64,000 nt of DNA. Origin: Lama guanicoe. Lineage: Eukaryota. The notes under the pieces were generated by a model, which had not been told where the DNA came from, made no database searches, and saw nothing but the letters and a program-made list of their open reading frames with translations. Position numbers and translations under genes: made by a program. Below, piece after piece: positions 1 through 13,478 of this stretch. How positions within the stretch are numbered: position 1 is the first letter of the stretch; the number at the start of each line of letters is the position of its first letter. The DNA is taken from NCBI GenBank assembly GCA_013239625.1, contig MU053934.1, positions 3,180,399 through 3,244,398 of the forward strand. The letters run 5' to 3'.

Positions 1-2997
1 AAGGAGCTTCTGGCTAATGTCTGCACTTGTTTAAAGAGCTGGGAGAGGGGCTCTGGACTGAAATCTGCTGGGTTGACAAGAGCAGAGTGGCTCCATCCTC
101 AAGGATGTCCACTTTAGAGGAGAGGCAGGTGGGACTCTTCAAAAAAATGGCAGAGAGCATCCCAGACAGATGTACTCAAGCAGGACTGGTGGTACAACCA
201 AGAAGCCAAGAAGAGAGTTTTGTGAGCTGTGGTTACCAGGAGGGCTGCCTGGAGGCAGCAGCCACCCAAGTGAGTGACCCAGAAGCTTGGAACAGAGTCT
301 CAGCTACAGCTTCCCTGCTGGACCACTGACCAGGGATCCTGTGGTGGTGAGCAGCTGCCCCAGCTGGGTCCCAGCATCGTGAGACCCTCTGCAGTAGCAC
401 CACCAAGAGCGGAGCTGACTTCCCAGCCTACAGGCAGGGGCAGCTCTGTCTCCTGGGAGGGCCCGGCCTGAAGGAGGATTCCACAAACAGGTTTCTTCTC
501 AGCTGTGCTTCTCACCCCCTGGCACAGGCCCTGGGGGAGCCCCTGGAGGGAAGTTCCCTGGCAGGTATACAGGATATGAGGTTACCTCTGCCCCACTGCC
601 AGCCTGTGTGGGTGAGCTGGAGCAAGGTGGATTCCCCAGGGGAGGAAAGGCAACTTCTCTGCCTCCACCCCCACACACATATGCATGCCCTCCATGGGGT
701 CAGGATAGAGTAGCTGCCTTGCGAGTGGTGAGACCCCTGTCTCTGCAGGTGTGCAAGTATCTGGTGATGACATTGCACTGAGGAGGATCTGGTTGGGTGT
801 CTGCAGGAGGAAGACTGACAGGACCTTTGAGGTCTTCCCCAGACCCCTCGTCAGCCTGGGAGCTGAGCGCCACTTCTGCTGCCTCATTTGGCCCCTGAAG
901 GAGCAGCCAGGGGGCATGGGCTCTGAAGTCCTCTCCTGCCACTGGAATACATTGGCTGTATGATCTTAATCCAGTCCCTTCCCCTCTCTGGTCCTCAGCT
1001 TCCTCCCCCATCTTTGAGAGGGTGGAATGAGGGATTTTCGGGGCATGAGTGGCTGTTCTGGGAATTATTCAGAATCAAGAATAAAGCTCATGATTCAACT
1101 CATGATTGGGGCCCTGTCCTCTCTGTGAGCACATCTGCCCTCCTTGACCCTACCCTGGCCCTTCACCTTCATCCCTCTCCCAGTTGGAGGACAGGAGGGC
1201 CAGACAGGGAGGAGTGGGCACTCAGAGGGCCCCGGACCCTCACCTCCGGGCATGGGGGCCACTGTGCTGGACAGACATTCCCAGGCACTAGATTTGCTTC
1301 AGGGATCCCTCAAAGCAGGGGCAGGGATGCATTTGTTCTGCCAGGGCCAGGGAAACACAAAAGAACTTCCAGATAGGTAGCACTGTCTAAAGAGAAAAAG
1401 AATTGCTGCTCAGGAGACAGGTAATGAGCTCCCTGTCTGGGAGGGATGCAAGTATCAATTAGGTCCAATGATCACTTGAGGTGTTACAGAGGGGCTTGCA
1501 TTTGGTCGTCTTCATTTATTTGTACTTTTTGCACTATTTATGAAGTACCTACAGTACAGGCATGGTGGAACAAGACAGAATCCCTGCCCGCATAGGGCTT
1601 ACGTTCTGGTGGTCCTGAAGTCTAGGACTCCAGAAAGCGCCGTCAGATGTGTAGAGCACTGAGGTGGCCCCCACACCCTAACCCAGCCCCCTGCCTGAAA
1701 TTCCACCATTGAATCACTCTGTTCTACTACGCAGACAGACTGGAGACAGGACTTTGACGACTTTAAAGCACTGAACTGATTGACTTCTCCAGACATACTT
1801 TCATTTGACCCGGACTTATAGAGCACCTGCTATATTCCAGGCTCCACACACAGAACCAGGGATCCAAAGATGATCAAAGTAAAGCCCTTGCCCTCAAAGG
1901 GAGCTTAAATCTGTTGGGGAAGACAGGTGCAAACATGCAGTGACAGCCCCAGCCGACCCATGCTGTTATATAGCGGAACACACAGGCCACTGGAGGGTTG
2001 GGCTGGGTTGGGCAGAGGCACAACCCTGGGGGGCTTCTCGGAGGAGCTGTGCTTGAGTGTTGGCAGCCAGGTGAAGAAAAGGACACACACCTGCAGTGAG
2101 GGCACCTGATGCCTGCTCCCCCCACCATCACACACACACTGACTGCGAACTCGCCACAGGCTGGACAGTCACTGCTCAGTGCCTGGCACACAGGAGGTGC
2201 ACAATACCTCTTGGCTAGACTAAAGGCAACTGAAAAGGCCCTCTGGGCTCAGTATCAACAGGTGTAAATGTCTGAAGGCACAAGGCGTTGTGCCAAAAAT
2301 TATGCTGGTAGGTAGTGGCGGCTCGGCTGCAGAGGTGGGCAGAGCCACGTCGCAATCTGGGAACGCAGGGTGATACGGCTCTGACTTGCCGGCCCAGGCC
2401 CCCCTGCTCCTCCCGAGGGTGGCCTCTGCCCACCTTCCCACCCTTCCACCACTCCTCACTCTGGGCAGCAGGGGGCTCCCACCAGCCGTGGATGAGAGGT
2501 TCTACTACGCAGCCAGCCTGGAGACAGGACCGGCTGCCCTTGCAGGGATGAGGCCTCTGCCCAGAGTACAGCCTTGGCCCTGCCATCCTGGAGAGGGATG
2601 CTCCTAGTCAACTAGGACCTTCGGGTTTGAACAGCCCAACAGAGACCGACGGGAACAGATGAGCACGGGCCTCCCCTCTCCCCTCATGCCGGGCGCAGTC
2701 GCCCCGCTCAGCCTAGGAGTCAGGATACTCTAGCTCTGGCGTTCTGGCTATGGGATCCTAAACTAGTAGCTAACCCTCTCTAGATGTGACCTTCCTCCCT
2801 GAAGGGTTCATACAGGTGAGCCCCAGGACTTCCCTGTGGATTCCCAGACATGGGTACAATGCAGCCCCCTGCCTGGGGTGAATTGAGAGTATTGTGTGTG
2901 GCAGGGGTGGGTGGCAAGTGAAAAGGTGCCATAAAAGCCGCTTACCATAATAGGCCACAGGGGGCAGTAGCAGAGCCACCCAAGGCCCAATTTTACT

Positions 2998-3060
2998 GTC
3001 TTTTTTCTAAGTTGAAGTATAGTTGATTTACAATGTTTCAGGTAAACAGCAAAGTGATTA
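2998..3060 (-). mobile_element. Very short L1 3'-end fragment (artiodactyl type)
   Basis: TTTTTTCTAAGTTGAAGTATAGTTGATTTACAATGTTTCAGGTAAACAGCAAAGTGATT is the reverse complement of the L1 terminal ..TGTAAATCAACTATACTTCAA-polyA; it matches the end of the L1 at ~34870-34925. Confidence 0.7.
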
Positions 3061-5689
3061 CCCTGTGTCTTAAGCAAGTTTCCTAAGCATTCTGAGCCTC
3101 AGAAAACATATATATATGTTTTCATGGAAATACAAAACCAGCTAGGCCATTGGAGGAGGAAAGATTCATGAAGGGCTGGAGGGGTCGAAGATCTGAGAAG
3201 GCTTACTGGAAGAGGTGTTCATGAAAGCTAAGTGGAGGCCTGGCTCCTCTAGCCAGGAGGAGCCAACACAAGGCTGTGTGACAAGACAATGTATTTCTGG
3301 GAATCCCTTGAACTCCCAAAAGAAGCCTCAGTGAGCCAAGAGGATGAAAGATTGAGGGGGACTGGACCCTGGCAGGGGCTGAACTGTATGCACAATGCTG
3401 TCATCTTTTGCGTCTCTGAGGCCATTGTGCCCCTTGTCATGAAGCTCTGCCTAGGGATCCAGTAACGGGGCTGCTGAACAATGCCATTGCAAAACAAGGG
3501 TTTGGCACAGGATGCCCTGGGATGGAGTAGGAGAGGGCAAGGATGACCCCTTCAGCGCCTGGGGAGTAGGAGCACCCCTGAGCTGGCTCTGGGGCCCTGC
3601 ACCCAGATGCCTGGGGGCAGAAGATGGGGGGCAGGCAGCCAGGAGTCGAGCAGCAGGTGTGAGAGGCCTAGAGAAATTGATTTATTAGAGACTATGAAAG
3701 GAGCTAAATATGTTTGCCAGCTCAGCGATGACTCAGGCATTCCCCGGGGGTCCACAAAGTGTGAGCATCAAAGAATCAAAAGACAGGCCTCCTGCCTGGG
3801 CTCTGCCAGCCTGGAGTTGCCCTTCCGCAATAGGAGGACCACCCCCAGTGTCCTGAGAACCTGGTCCTCAGGGGGCAAGTGGAGACCCAACCACTCCAGC
3901 ACGTATCTCCTGCCTTGATCCCAGACCTCCCCAGAATGTCTGAAGAGCAAAGCCTCAGAATGAGACACATCTCAGTCACAGTCCTGGCCTGGCCCCAGAT
4001 TGTTGTGTGATCTTGGACAAGTGGCTAACCCTCTCTGGACCCACATTCACCAGGGAGGACAGATTCCCACTGAGTCAAGGTCCTTCCTCCCCCTCCCTGT
4101 CTGGCAGTGTCGTTCCTACCCGATTTGGCTTCTTCCAGACAGCCATGAGCACAGCCTCCTCTGCCTAAAATCCACCAACTTCCCTCCAGGAGAAAAGCCA
4201 GATTCCATGGGGCCTCATTTCAGAAGAACACACTCTTCTAGTACCGGGTTCCAGAATGGCTCTGGGCTCTGGGAGAAACAAGAATGAATTAGAGTCAGAG
4301 GCTGTAGGCAGGGCAGACAGAGGAGGGAGAAATGGCCTCCTCATGGGGCAGAGGGCTGGGGGCTGCAGTAAGGGTGTGGAAAGGGGGCCTGCAGGGCATG
4401 GGAGGACCAAAGGAAGAGGGGCTCTAGGGGGAGAGCAAGGACATCTGCCAGGCAGTGGGGGGACATTCCTGATGTGACGGACTCCACAGGGAAATGCAGA
4501 GCCTTGCACAGCAGTGTGGCACAGCTGGAAATCAGTAAACTGTTCATTGGGCATAGAGGGGGACCTGTGCCCGGAACATCATTACGTGGAAACTGAGCCC
4601 AGGCTGACCAGAGAACAGTGAGTCTATCTGGATGGCACCAGGAGTTGGGGAGGGGGCTGCAGCAGGAGGCACGTGGGGCTGGAGGCTGTTTGCAGGTGGT
4701 CCCACTGGCTGCTGGTGGGGATGGAGTGGGGAGGCACATGGAGGCACAGGGGGCAGGAGGAAATGGGTAAGGGGCGGGACAGGGGCTGGACATGGCTACG
4801 AGGAGGAGGAAGAGGGGATGGGCTTGATGGGCCCCAAAGGTTAAGGCTTGTGGGAAAGTGAGAGCAGCCCCCCAGTGGCTCAGCACAGGCAGGTGGGAGT
4901 GAAGGTTTGGGGGGAAAGGGCCAATGAATGAGGTCACACTGAGCAGGGGGCCCTGTAGGACCTCCAGATGGAGAACCTCAGGACACAGATTCAGGCCTGG
5001 GGTTCAGAACAAAGTCCTCCCACCTCCCCCTTCTGTCCTCAGCTTGCTGGTGCCCCAAGCCCGGGCTCATCCAGTCCTGGGCAACCTGTATTGACAAGCA
5101 CGTGGGCTGCCTGCAGATCTGGGTTCAAAATCCAGCTCCCTCATGCCCAGCTGTGTGGCTCTGGACTGGATACCCCACAGTCTCTGGACCTCATTTTTTC
5201 AACTCAAAGCTGCGGGTAGCAACTCCTACAGCTGGAGGCCAGACGCTCCCCACCAGCAGTCATGGTCCCCAGAGTTTCCAGGATGATCTGATGAGATCCA
5301 GGCCCAGCCGCGTGGCACTGGATGGGAGTTTGTCACCAAAGAAGCCCAGGGGTCGACTCAAACCTTAGGACAGCCCCAGAGCAGGAGGAAATTTCTATGG
5401 GTCACGGATTTCCCTGTCCCTCCCAAGCCCACCTGTGCAAGGCAGGGGCAGAGGCCTCTGCCACCTTTGCCCCCAAGGTGGTTTTTATGGAGGTCTCCCT
5501 TTATATTCTCCTGTGAGTTTTTAGCAGCAAATGACCCTCAAACCCAGCCCACAAAGATCCAATGCTCCAGATTGGACCCAGACACCCCTGCCCCCCACCA
5601 TCACCACCGCCATGCCCAGCATCAGAATGTCATGACCAAGCCTGTCAATAGCGGAGCACCAACGTGCCAGCACGTCCTCTGCCGACGTG

Positions 5690-5830
5690 CTGCCTTCCAA
5701 CCTCCCAACCCTCTCCAAAGTAGGCACTATTATCCCCACTTCACAGATAAGGGATCTGAGGCTCACAGGACCACATGGCCACATGGCTAGAAGGATCTGA
5801 GCCAGCATGGAACCAAAGCCATCTGACTCG
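5690..5830. mobile_element. MIR SINE fragment
   Basis: MIR core-like TATTATCCCCACTTCACAGATAAGGGATCTGAGGCTCACAG. Many similar MIR fragments occur across the window (e.g. ~6740-6870, 8310-8480, 14075-14285, 15045-15230, 21440-21560). Confidence 0.65.
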
Positions 5831-7347
5831 AGGCCTCTGTAGGCTTAGGGTAGCCACAGAATCATCCCTTCTGAGGGGCTCGAATGCTGGATTAGAGGGG
5901 ATGCTGGGACAACAGGAGCAACCAGGTCTTCCCCAGGATGCCAAGACCTATGGTCGCCCTAGATATTGGACAGATCTACAAGAGGCCAGCAAGGAAGTGA
6001 GGACACTAGGTGGTCCTGTGGGCTGGAAGGGATGTGACCCATGGTTGCTTAATCACGGAGAAGTGAAGGGCAGCTATTTTATCCAGAGCAGGCAGGGCTC
6101 CAAGCTTCTACCACTGCCCAATTCCAATGAATGCCTCCCCTTTATGAGTCTCCCCAAGTCCTTCCCCAAAGGGGTGTCGTGTGGACTGATCACAAATGCA
6201 TCCACACACACTCCACATATTAGCTGCTACTACTGTATGATACTAGGGTCTTTCCTGCAAGACTGAGAGCAAGGGCTCTGCACAGAAACACCACAGGTGC
6301 CAGGGGCTTCCCATCCCATCCTTCCAGGACCAGCTGAAGCCCTCCTCCTGCAGAAAGTCCTCCCTGACCACACCAGCCTTTAGGGCTCCTCCAAGACTCC
6401 CAGAGGTTTCAGAAATCAGGTGTGCTGGCCCCAGAACTGACAAAAGACATTCAGCATCTACTTCTGTCCCAATCTTAAGCATTCACAGTTTTGGCTTTTG
6501 AAGAGCTAGCTTTGTGGTCCAGGGGCACCAGGCTTAAGGGAGGGTGTAAGATTTGATTCTGCTGCTGGACTCCAAGACCCACAAGCCCTATCTTTCCCCA
6601 TCTCTCTGCTCTCTGCCTCAGCTTATTAAAATCATCCTTCCCCTTCTTCATGATGAAACCAAGGCTTACAGATGTAAAGGGACATGTCCATAGGAGTCAC
6701 CCACCACAGAGACTCCATGAGGAAGACAGAAGCAGAAGGTACCAGCATTTATTGAGCATTCTTCATCTCATCTGATCCTCTCGGTAGCTCACAAAGTGGA
6801 CAGAATTATTCCCATTTAACAGATGAGGATGTGGAAGCTCAGTGAGTTTGTGACTTGCCCAGAATTACCTGCCAGGGAGCAGCATCTGATCAACTTGTTT
6901 CCATTGAGTTGCTGAGGTCAGGAGGATCCAGGAATCTGCAAGGAGTTTCCAGCAGAAATGGAGGATTGACTCCATGACCTTTACAGTCCCCGTGATCTTT
7001 TGAAACTAAAGCTTAACTCTCTTCTCTTCTTGTCTCCTTCAAAAGATTTTCACTTAATAAATAAGAGCCCAGAAAGGACCCAGTTTTGATCCAAAGAAAT
7101 TTTTTTTTAAGAAAATGTCCCCTATCAAAAAATAATAAAACATGCTCATGGTAGAACATTGGAAAATACAGTGATGAAGAAAAAAAAAACAAACTTAGAT
7201 CAAGAATTCTTCTACCTGGTATCATAAACATTTCAGATTATTTCCAGCATACCTGTATGCTTTATGTGTTACTTCTCTGTAATGCTTCTACTGCATAGAC
7301 AAGTTTCTAACAAGTCCTTAACACCATGGAATCAATATTTCCACGTA

Positions 7348-7690
7348 TGTACCAGTCAGCACAGGGTAGGTTATGCTGTGGTAACAAATAACCCCCCAAA
7401 TCTCAGTGGCTCACACACAAGGGTTTATGCCTTGCTCACAGCCTATGTTCATTTGGGGCAGGGCAGAGGCTTCTGCTTATCAGTCACTCAAGGACTCACA
7501 CTGGGGAGGTGCCATCCTGACATAGATCATCAGGAGCACTGTCTGGGCATGATATATAACTTCTGCTTACATTTCATTGGCCAAAGCAGTCACATGACCA
7601 TCTAACTCCAAGGAGCCAGAGAATTACACTCCTATCACCTGCCTATCAAGAAGGGAGAAGGAAAATACTAGGGCTGCAGCAGTAATGCCA
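7348..7690. mobile_element. ERVL-MaLR LTR (MLT1K/L-like)
   Basis: TGTACCAGTCAGCACAGGGTAGGTTATGCTGTGGTAACAAATAACCCCCCAAATCTCAGTGGCT and TTTCATTGGCCAAAGCAGTCACATGACC motifs. Confidence 0.65.
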
Positions 7691-7697
7691 ATTATAA

Positions 7698-7811
7698 CTA
7701 GAGTGAGCAATTGTCCTCATTTGTCAGGACTGAGGGGTTTCCTGGAATGCAGGACTCTCGGAGCTAAAGCTGAGAAAGCCCAGGGCAAACCAGGACAACT
7801 TGTTCACCCTC
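7698..7811. mobile_element. MER81-like hAT-Blackjack MITE
   Basis: ~114 bp with degenerate TIRs TAGAGTGAGCAA..TTGTTCACCCT and internal GGACTGAGGGGTTTCC..GCTAAAGCTGAGAAAG..GGGCAAACCAGGAC. Confidence 0.65.
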
Positions 7812-8128
7812 CCTGTACCATTTTGTATATTCTTCACAAACTCCTTTCTCAATGACTGCACAACAGTCTATCCAGCAGATGAGTCATGGCTTTTCTCCCT
7901 AATCCCCTATTGTTGGAGACTCAGATTGTTCCCAGTTTTACACGTTTATAAATCCACTATCTTAATAGCTCCATGAATAAAACCTGGCCCACATGGCTTC
8001 TCAGAAGTGTAATTACTGGCCATTTTGCAGCCTCAGAATAGTCCCTTCGTATTTCAGAAGAGTTGGGACAACAGGACTTCTTCAGCATGAGCAAGGCCCA
8101 CTTCTGAACACTCCCCTGGAGCCCTGAG

Positions 8129-8308
8129 CAATCATTCTCCAATCTTAGCTGCAGAATCCCCTTCAGGGCTTGTTAAAACAGACTGCTGGGCCCCACCCCC
8201 AGAGTTTCAAATTCAAGGGGCTGGAGGTGGGCCCAAGAATTTGTGTTTCCAACAAGTTCTCAGGTGAAGTTGACACTCCTGGTCAGGATCACATTTTGAG
8301 AACCACTG
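8129..8308. mobile_element. MER5A hAT-Charlie MITE
   Basis: CTTGTTAAAACAGACTGCTGGGCCCCACCCCCAGAGTTTC..GGGCCCAAGAATTTGTGTTTCCAACAAGTTCTCAGGTGA..TTTGAGAACCACTG. Confidence 0.8.
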
Positions 8309-9589
8309 GCCTAGGAGTCAAACACCCCTGCTTTGAAATCTGACAAGCCATTCTGCTCAGCTCCTCACCGGCTGTGGAACCTTGGGCAAATTGTGTAACT
8401 GACCTCTCTTGGCCTCAGTTTCCTCATCTGTGAACTGGAGCCATTGTGAGGATGAGCACAGCTCCCATTTGGAGAGCTCTTAAAAGCGTGTCACAAGAGC
8501 TCAGTTACAGATCGAGTTATTCAGCAGTAGATTAAATAACTTCATGTTTTAAAATATTTGTTAATTTGAATAGAATTGCATTTATTAAAGTTTTCCTGCC
8601 TTTTATGTCTTTAAGTGGGAATGAATTTTTTTTTTCCATGTGGTGGTAAAGCATTTCTGTTTCCCTTTCAGTGTGAATCGTCAGCTCCTGCCCTTTGCCC
8701 ACGTACTGGCAGATTTTCTCTGTCTTTCCTCATGGTCTGCCGGAGCCTATTACAGAGCAAAGATAACAGACCCCATGGCTGATCTTGTTTGCTACAAAAA
8801 ATTTCCAAGGTTGCTACTTGCCTTTCTACTGAGATCATTTTTCTGGTCATTTTACAGAGTGGCCAAATCCATCTGACTTTTCCATTTTTATTTCCTCTAT
8901 CACTTTTAAGCTGAGATTGTCTCCCTTCTCCAGAATGTAAAAAATATAAAGGAATTGGATTTCGAATGATGAAATTTTATGCACTCTGACATTTGAGAGT
9001 GGGGGGTGGGGAGGATACCTTCCTGGCTTACCTCAAACCCTCTCTGGTCAGAGTACAGGGCATATTCAGGAAGGAACCCAGGGCCTCTCCGCACTAGCCA
9101 TCACTCTACACCCTCAGCTCTGCCCCAGACACAGCCATGTTGTCTGTCTCCTATCTTCAGAGACCCCCCCCCCCACTCCAGGGAGGCAGGGGCCATTCAG
9201 GGATGGATGGGGCCGCTGGAAATTCAAGTGGTCCATCTGTCAGCTGGAGACATGAAGACCAAAGGTGTAAGAACTGGCCAAAGGCCTTAGACAGTCTCCT
9301 GTTCAGATCTCTCAAGGTGTTTGCCCTGTGAGCTTCACCTGAGTCTCTATTCTCTCATCTATAGAATGGGAGTGATAATGCCCACATCAGCGGAAAATCT
9401 TAAATAGATCACCAGAGGGCTTAACCCATGCAACGTAAGTGTTGGGGGCTCAATAAATGGGTTTTGTGGTTATGCCCAATTCTGTTCCCAAAGCAAGGGG
9501 TGGGATGTGAGTCCACAGACCTTCCCTCTGTTTGGACTGAAAATACCCAGCCCCGTGGGCCCCAAGTGCCCAGGTCTCAGCGGAAATGG

Positions 9590-10170
9590 ACCTCAGCGCC
9601 TCAAAACTCTCGCACGTACAGGCTACCGAATGCGACCCCAGAGACCCTCCAGCTGCAGCTCAGCCCATCAGCCCTGCGCGGGCAGGCAGCCCCCGGGCTC
9701 CGTGGCTCGTATAGGCCGCCTGGTGCCGGGAGCGCCGGGGGTGCTGCGCGCGCAGACGAGCCGCCTGCGCCTCCCAGCTCCCGCGCCACCGGGCGTGCTG
9801 TTGGGGCCCGATTTCCATAATAATCAGCCGCAGATCTTCCGAAAAGGCCGGGAGCTGCCGCCGCCGCCCACCGGGGAAGCTCCGGCGGGCAGGCGCCACC
9901 CCCCCTCCCCGACCACCCCCGCCGCCCCGGAGGGAGCCTCATTTTTTAAAGCTTTCGAGAAACCGTGGGCGCGGGAGGCAGCTGGGAGACACCCGGGACG
10001 TCGCTCTGGCCATCAATTCGGTGGGTAGGAGGGTGGGAAGCGGGGGATCGGGGAGAGGCCTCAGCGCGGGTGTAGACCAGGCTCAGGAGCAGAGGGGCGA
10101 AAACCAAGCAGCCAAGGGAAGAGGCACGCCTCCGAGTAGGTTCTCGCTGCAGCCTCCTAGCGCCCCAGAG
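9590..10170. promoter_or_regulatory. Orphan CpG island
   Basis: Dense CpG/GC stretch (e.g. GCTGCGCGCGCAGACGAGCCGCC, GCCGCCGCCGCCC) with GC boxes and no credible CDS. Confidence 0.75.
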
Positions 10171-10511
10171 AGTGGATTCCCTGCTAAACCCCACTTTACA
10201 GACGGCGAAACTGAGGCCCAGAGAGGTTTCACTTCTTCCCAGCTAATGAGTGGCTGGGGAGGGACACCTTTCTGGGCTGATAGGTCCAGAGCTCATGACC
10301 TACCTCACTGCATCCTCCCCAAAGCGGGCAGCCTGGGAGCAGGGTGTGTGTGTGTGTGTGTGCACCCCAAGATGACCCCACCGGGGTGGAAGACCGAGCA
10401 GAGCCCACAGGAAGGAGGCGGAGGTTGTGCACAGCACCCGGAGCTGATCTGATCTAGAAATCCACACGCTTGCAGAACCAAGTTCAAAACCCAGCTCTAC
10501 CACCTGCCAAG

Positions 10512-10838
10512 CAGGGAATAAGCAAACTACAGTCCACAGGCCAAATCCTGTCCACCAACCTGCCAAGAACTAAGCAAGATTTTTAAATTTTTTAATATTA
10601 AAAACAAGCAGAAGAAAAATAATATTTCCTGACATGTGAAAATTATATGAAATCCAAATTTCAGTGTTCACATATATAGTTTTATTAGAACACAGCTATA
10701 CCCATTAATACTGGGTACTGAAACCGCTGCTTTCCATCACAATGGCAGAGTTAAGTCATTTTGACAGAGAGATATGGCCCCCAAAGCCGAAAATGTTTAC
10801 CACCTCACCCTTTTTCAGAGAAAGTTTGCCCACCTTGG
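10512..10838. mobile_element. MER58B-like hAT-Charlie element
   Basis: CAGGGAATAAGCAAACTACAGTCCACAGGCCAAATC..GTGAAAATTATATGAAATCCAAATTTCAGTG..TTTTATTAGAACACAGC..AGAAAGTTTGCCCACCTTG. Confidence 0.75.
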
Positions 10839-11019
10839 CTCTCATAGGACAACTGATGAGGTCTCTGTCTCTGAGCCTGTTTCCTCATCTGAAAAAATGG
10901 GAATAACATTAAATGAGAATTATATGAAAAGATCAGCAAAGCACCAGGCATTTAGTGCTTTTCTATGTTCCCCTGGGAAATACCTTTCCTTTTCCTCCCA
11001 GCCCCTGTCGTTTGCTGCC

Positions 11020-12100
11020 TCTCCCATCCTGAATCACAGCCACTTGGGATGAATGCACCTTGAACTCAAAGCATCCACCACCCACTACCTAATCCTGCTT
11101 GCCCTCATTCCATCCTCACCACCTGAGCCCCCAGCCTCCTACCCAATCAGTGACCAAGGCTGGCTGGCTCCCCCTCAGCACCCAGCACAGTCCCTGGCAC
11201 ACAGTAGGTGCTCAGCAAACATGTTCTAGATGAATGGATGAGTAGAGACTTTCCCTGTTCCCCATTCCCCCTGCTCTGACTTCCATCATCTCCTGCCAGG
11301 TCTCCCTGACCCCCTCAAGCTCACTCCACTCTATTTCTGACCCTACAGATGGGGTGATCTGCCTATGTCACCCCTCCCTACCTCCTTGGCTCCTCACTGC
11401 TCTCTCTGTTCAAGCCATGCTCCCCAGTGCAGCATACAAAGCACTGAGCTACCGCTCTCCTTCAGTTTTACCAAACATCCAAACCACTAGCATTTCCCTG
11501 AATCCAAAAGGTTGGATCTAACCTCCAGGTGGTGGTTCATGCTCTTCCCTCTTGCCTGGAATCTTCCTTCTTATCTGTAGTCCAATGGGCCGGGCATCCC
11601 CTACTTGACTCAGTTCAGGCCCCAACTCCTGAAACCTTTCCAGATCTCTCACCCACCTCTACTGCCCCTAGTACACAAAGCTATCCTGGTGTCAGTGGGA
11701 CTTCAGTGCCATTATGAATATGCATTAATATGAATGCATGAATATGCATTCTCTGGTGAGCCTCTGAGGACCAAGAGTGTGACTGGTATTTCTATATCAC
11801 CAGTCCCAGCAAAGGCATGGCCCAGAAAAGGCTCTTAGTAAATTTTTGTATAAATGCATCAATCAATGAAGGAAGGAAGGAATTAATACATATGGGATCT
11901 TGTCCCTCCCTTGCTCAACAACTTTCACTGGCTCCCCAGTTCTCTCTAAAGGCCAGGCACTCAGTGTGGTCTTCAAGCTTTCAAGCCCTATATAAAGTGG
12001 CTCTGATCCACCTCCCAGCCTTGTCTCAGACTGGATCCCCCAGGCCTGTCCTCCCTAAATAGCCCCAGCCTCCAAGCATTTGCAATTCCCCCTCCCTGTA
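11020..12100. mobile_element. L2 LINE fragments
   Basis: L2 3' motifs (CCTGGCACACAGTAGGTGCTCAGCAAACATGTT..GATGAATGGATGA; CATGCTCTTCCCTCTTGCCTGGAA). Similar L2 pieces at ~18950-19440, 32170-32840 and 40440-40970. Confidence 0.6.
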
Positions 12101-13443
12101 CATCCGCTTCACTCACCCCTATTTATGCCTACAGGAGCCCTGGCCATCCTTGGAGACCTCACAGGGCTTCAGGGACCCAGGGGCACCTGAAGTAGGGAAG
12201 CCTTCTACTTTCACATTCCCTAAATCTCACAGCAAAAGACAGTCAGCAGGGGCTCTGACCAGGAGTACCTGTGTCCAGGGTGAATCCTGCCATCTAGTAC
12301 AGGGACATCACTTCACTTTTCGGAGTACAATGGAGAATAACACTTGCCACGTAGGGCTGCTGGGAGATTAGAGGTGCTGTTGTTGAAAATTTCTGGCACA
12401 CAGTAGGTGTTCTATTAATAGCAGCTCTTCCAGCCCTGGCTGGAACCCTCCTGCCTAGAGAGGAGGCTCAGGGAGCAGACCCAAAGCTCCCCCCAGCCTT
12501 CAGCCCTAACCTCTCTCTTCCCCTCATCCCCTGACAGCTCCTGCAGCCAGCGACTGATGCTGCCGTGGACAGAATGACAATGAGGACAAGACCTAGGCAA
12601 GCCCATCTGGGAACTCAAGGCTGGGAAAGGGACTGAGAATGAATACAAGGCAGAGGCAGGCAGGACTGGGACAGGGGAAGGAGAGGGGCAGTGGGTAGGG
12701 TAAGAGTTCCAGATGAAGGTGGGGCAGAGGCTGCATAAGAGAGAGGCAGAGCAGGGCAGGGCAGGGCAGGGGCTGGCAAAAGCATGGGATGGGGCCAGGA
12801 GGAGGCAGGGCTGGAGCAGGAACAGTAATGGCTGGAGCAGGAGCTGGTTCACTAGGGAGATGGAGCTGGGACAGGGATCAGGACAAAATCACACCCTCCC
12901 AGGACAGAGCAGAAACGGAGACTGTGAGAGAGTTAGGAATAATCCCATGTCAGGGGAGAGAAGGAAGCAGTTTGAGAAAGAGTTGGAGAGAAAAGGAATC
13001 TGAGAGGGGATATGAGCAGGGAGAGGAGAGGAGGAAGCTACCGACACTTAAGTCCTGGGGACAGTCCCACCTGTGCCAATCTCTTTGCTTCGCAGGTGGG
13101 ACCAATGCAGTCAGAGAGAGCCAAGGATTCGCCTGAGGCCCCAGCAAAAGGGAAGCAGAATTCCAGTCCCAGCAGCTTCATTTTCATGTAGTAGGTGCTT
13201 CATGAATGCTAGCCCCTCCCCCTCCCGCATCCCATTGGTAGCTCAGAACACACGCAGAGCATGTATCCAGCAGTGGCTCCTGGACCGAGCTAAGGTGCCC
13301 TCCTGTTCCCAGCGGGTCCCTCAGCCCTGAAAGGAGTCATGGGTGTCTCCACTGCCTTGGCCTCTCTGGCCCAAGCCTGAGCTGTCCAGCTCGGGAGCAA
13401 GCCCCATTGCTCATTCCCCTTGAGTTTCTACAGCTGGGGCAAT

Positions 13444-13478
13444 CAACTGGTCGCCGTGGAAACCAGCCCTCCAATCAG
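13444..13478. promoter_or_regulatory. MYB core + RFX X-box + CCAAT box module
   Basis: CAACTG 13444-13449 abuts GTCGCCGTGGAAAC 13450-13463 (X-box-like); CCAATCAG at 13471-13478. Confidence 0.45.

Larger units (their letters stand above)
7040..8960 (-). mobile_element. Old L1M/L1ME fragments, interrupted by MLT, MER81, MER5A and MIR insertions
   Basis: AT-rich pieces such as AATAAAACATGCTCATGGTAGAACATTGGAAAATACAG, TAATCCCTATTGTTGGAGACTCAGATTGTTCCCAGTTTT and TCCTGCCCTTTGCCCACG resemble antisense L1ME 3' regions. Confidence 0.5.

Noticed and set aside
1..960. Possible decayed coding exon or pseudogene at the window start
   Set aside because: Repeat-free and superficially protein-like, but all frames are interrupted and I recognise no family; no CYTH4 exon was seen. 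Needs BLASTX.
11732..11751. Short hairpin GAATGCAT-gaat-ATGCATTC
   Set aside because: Low-complexity AT-rich patch within L2-derived sequence; too short to mean much.
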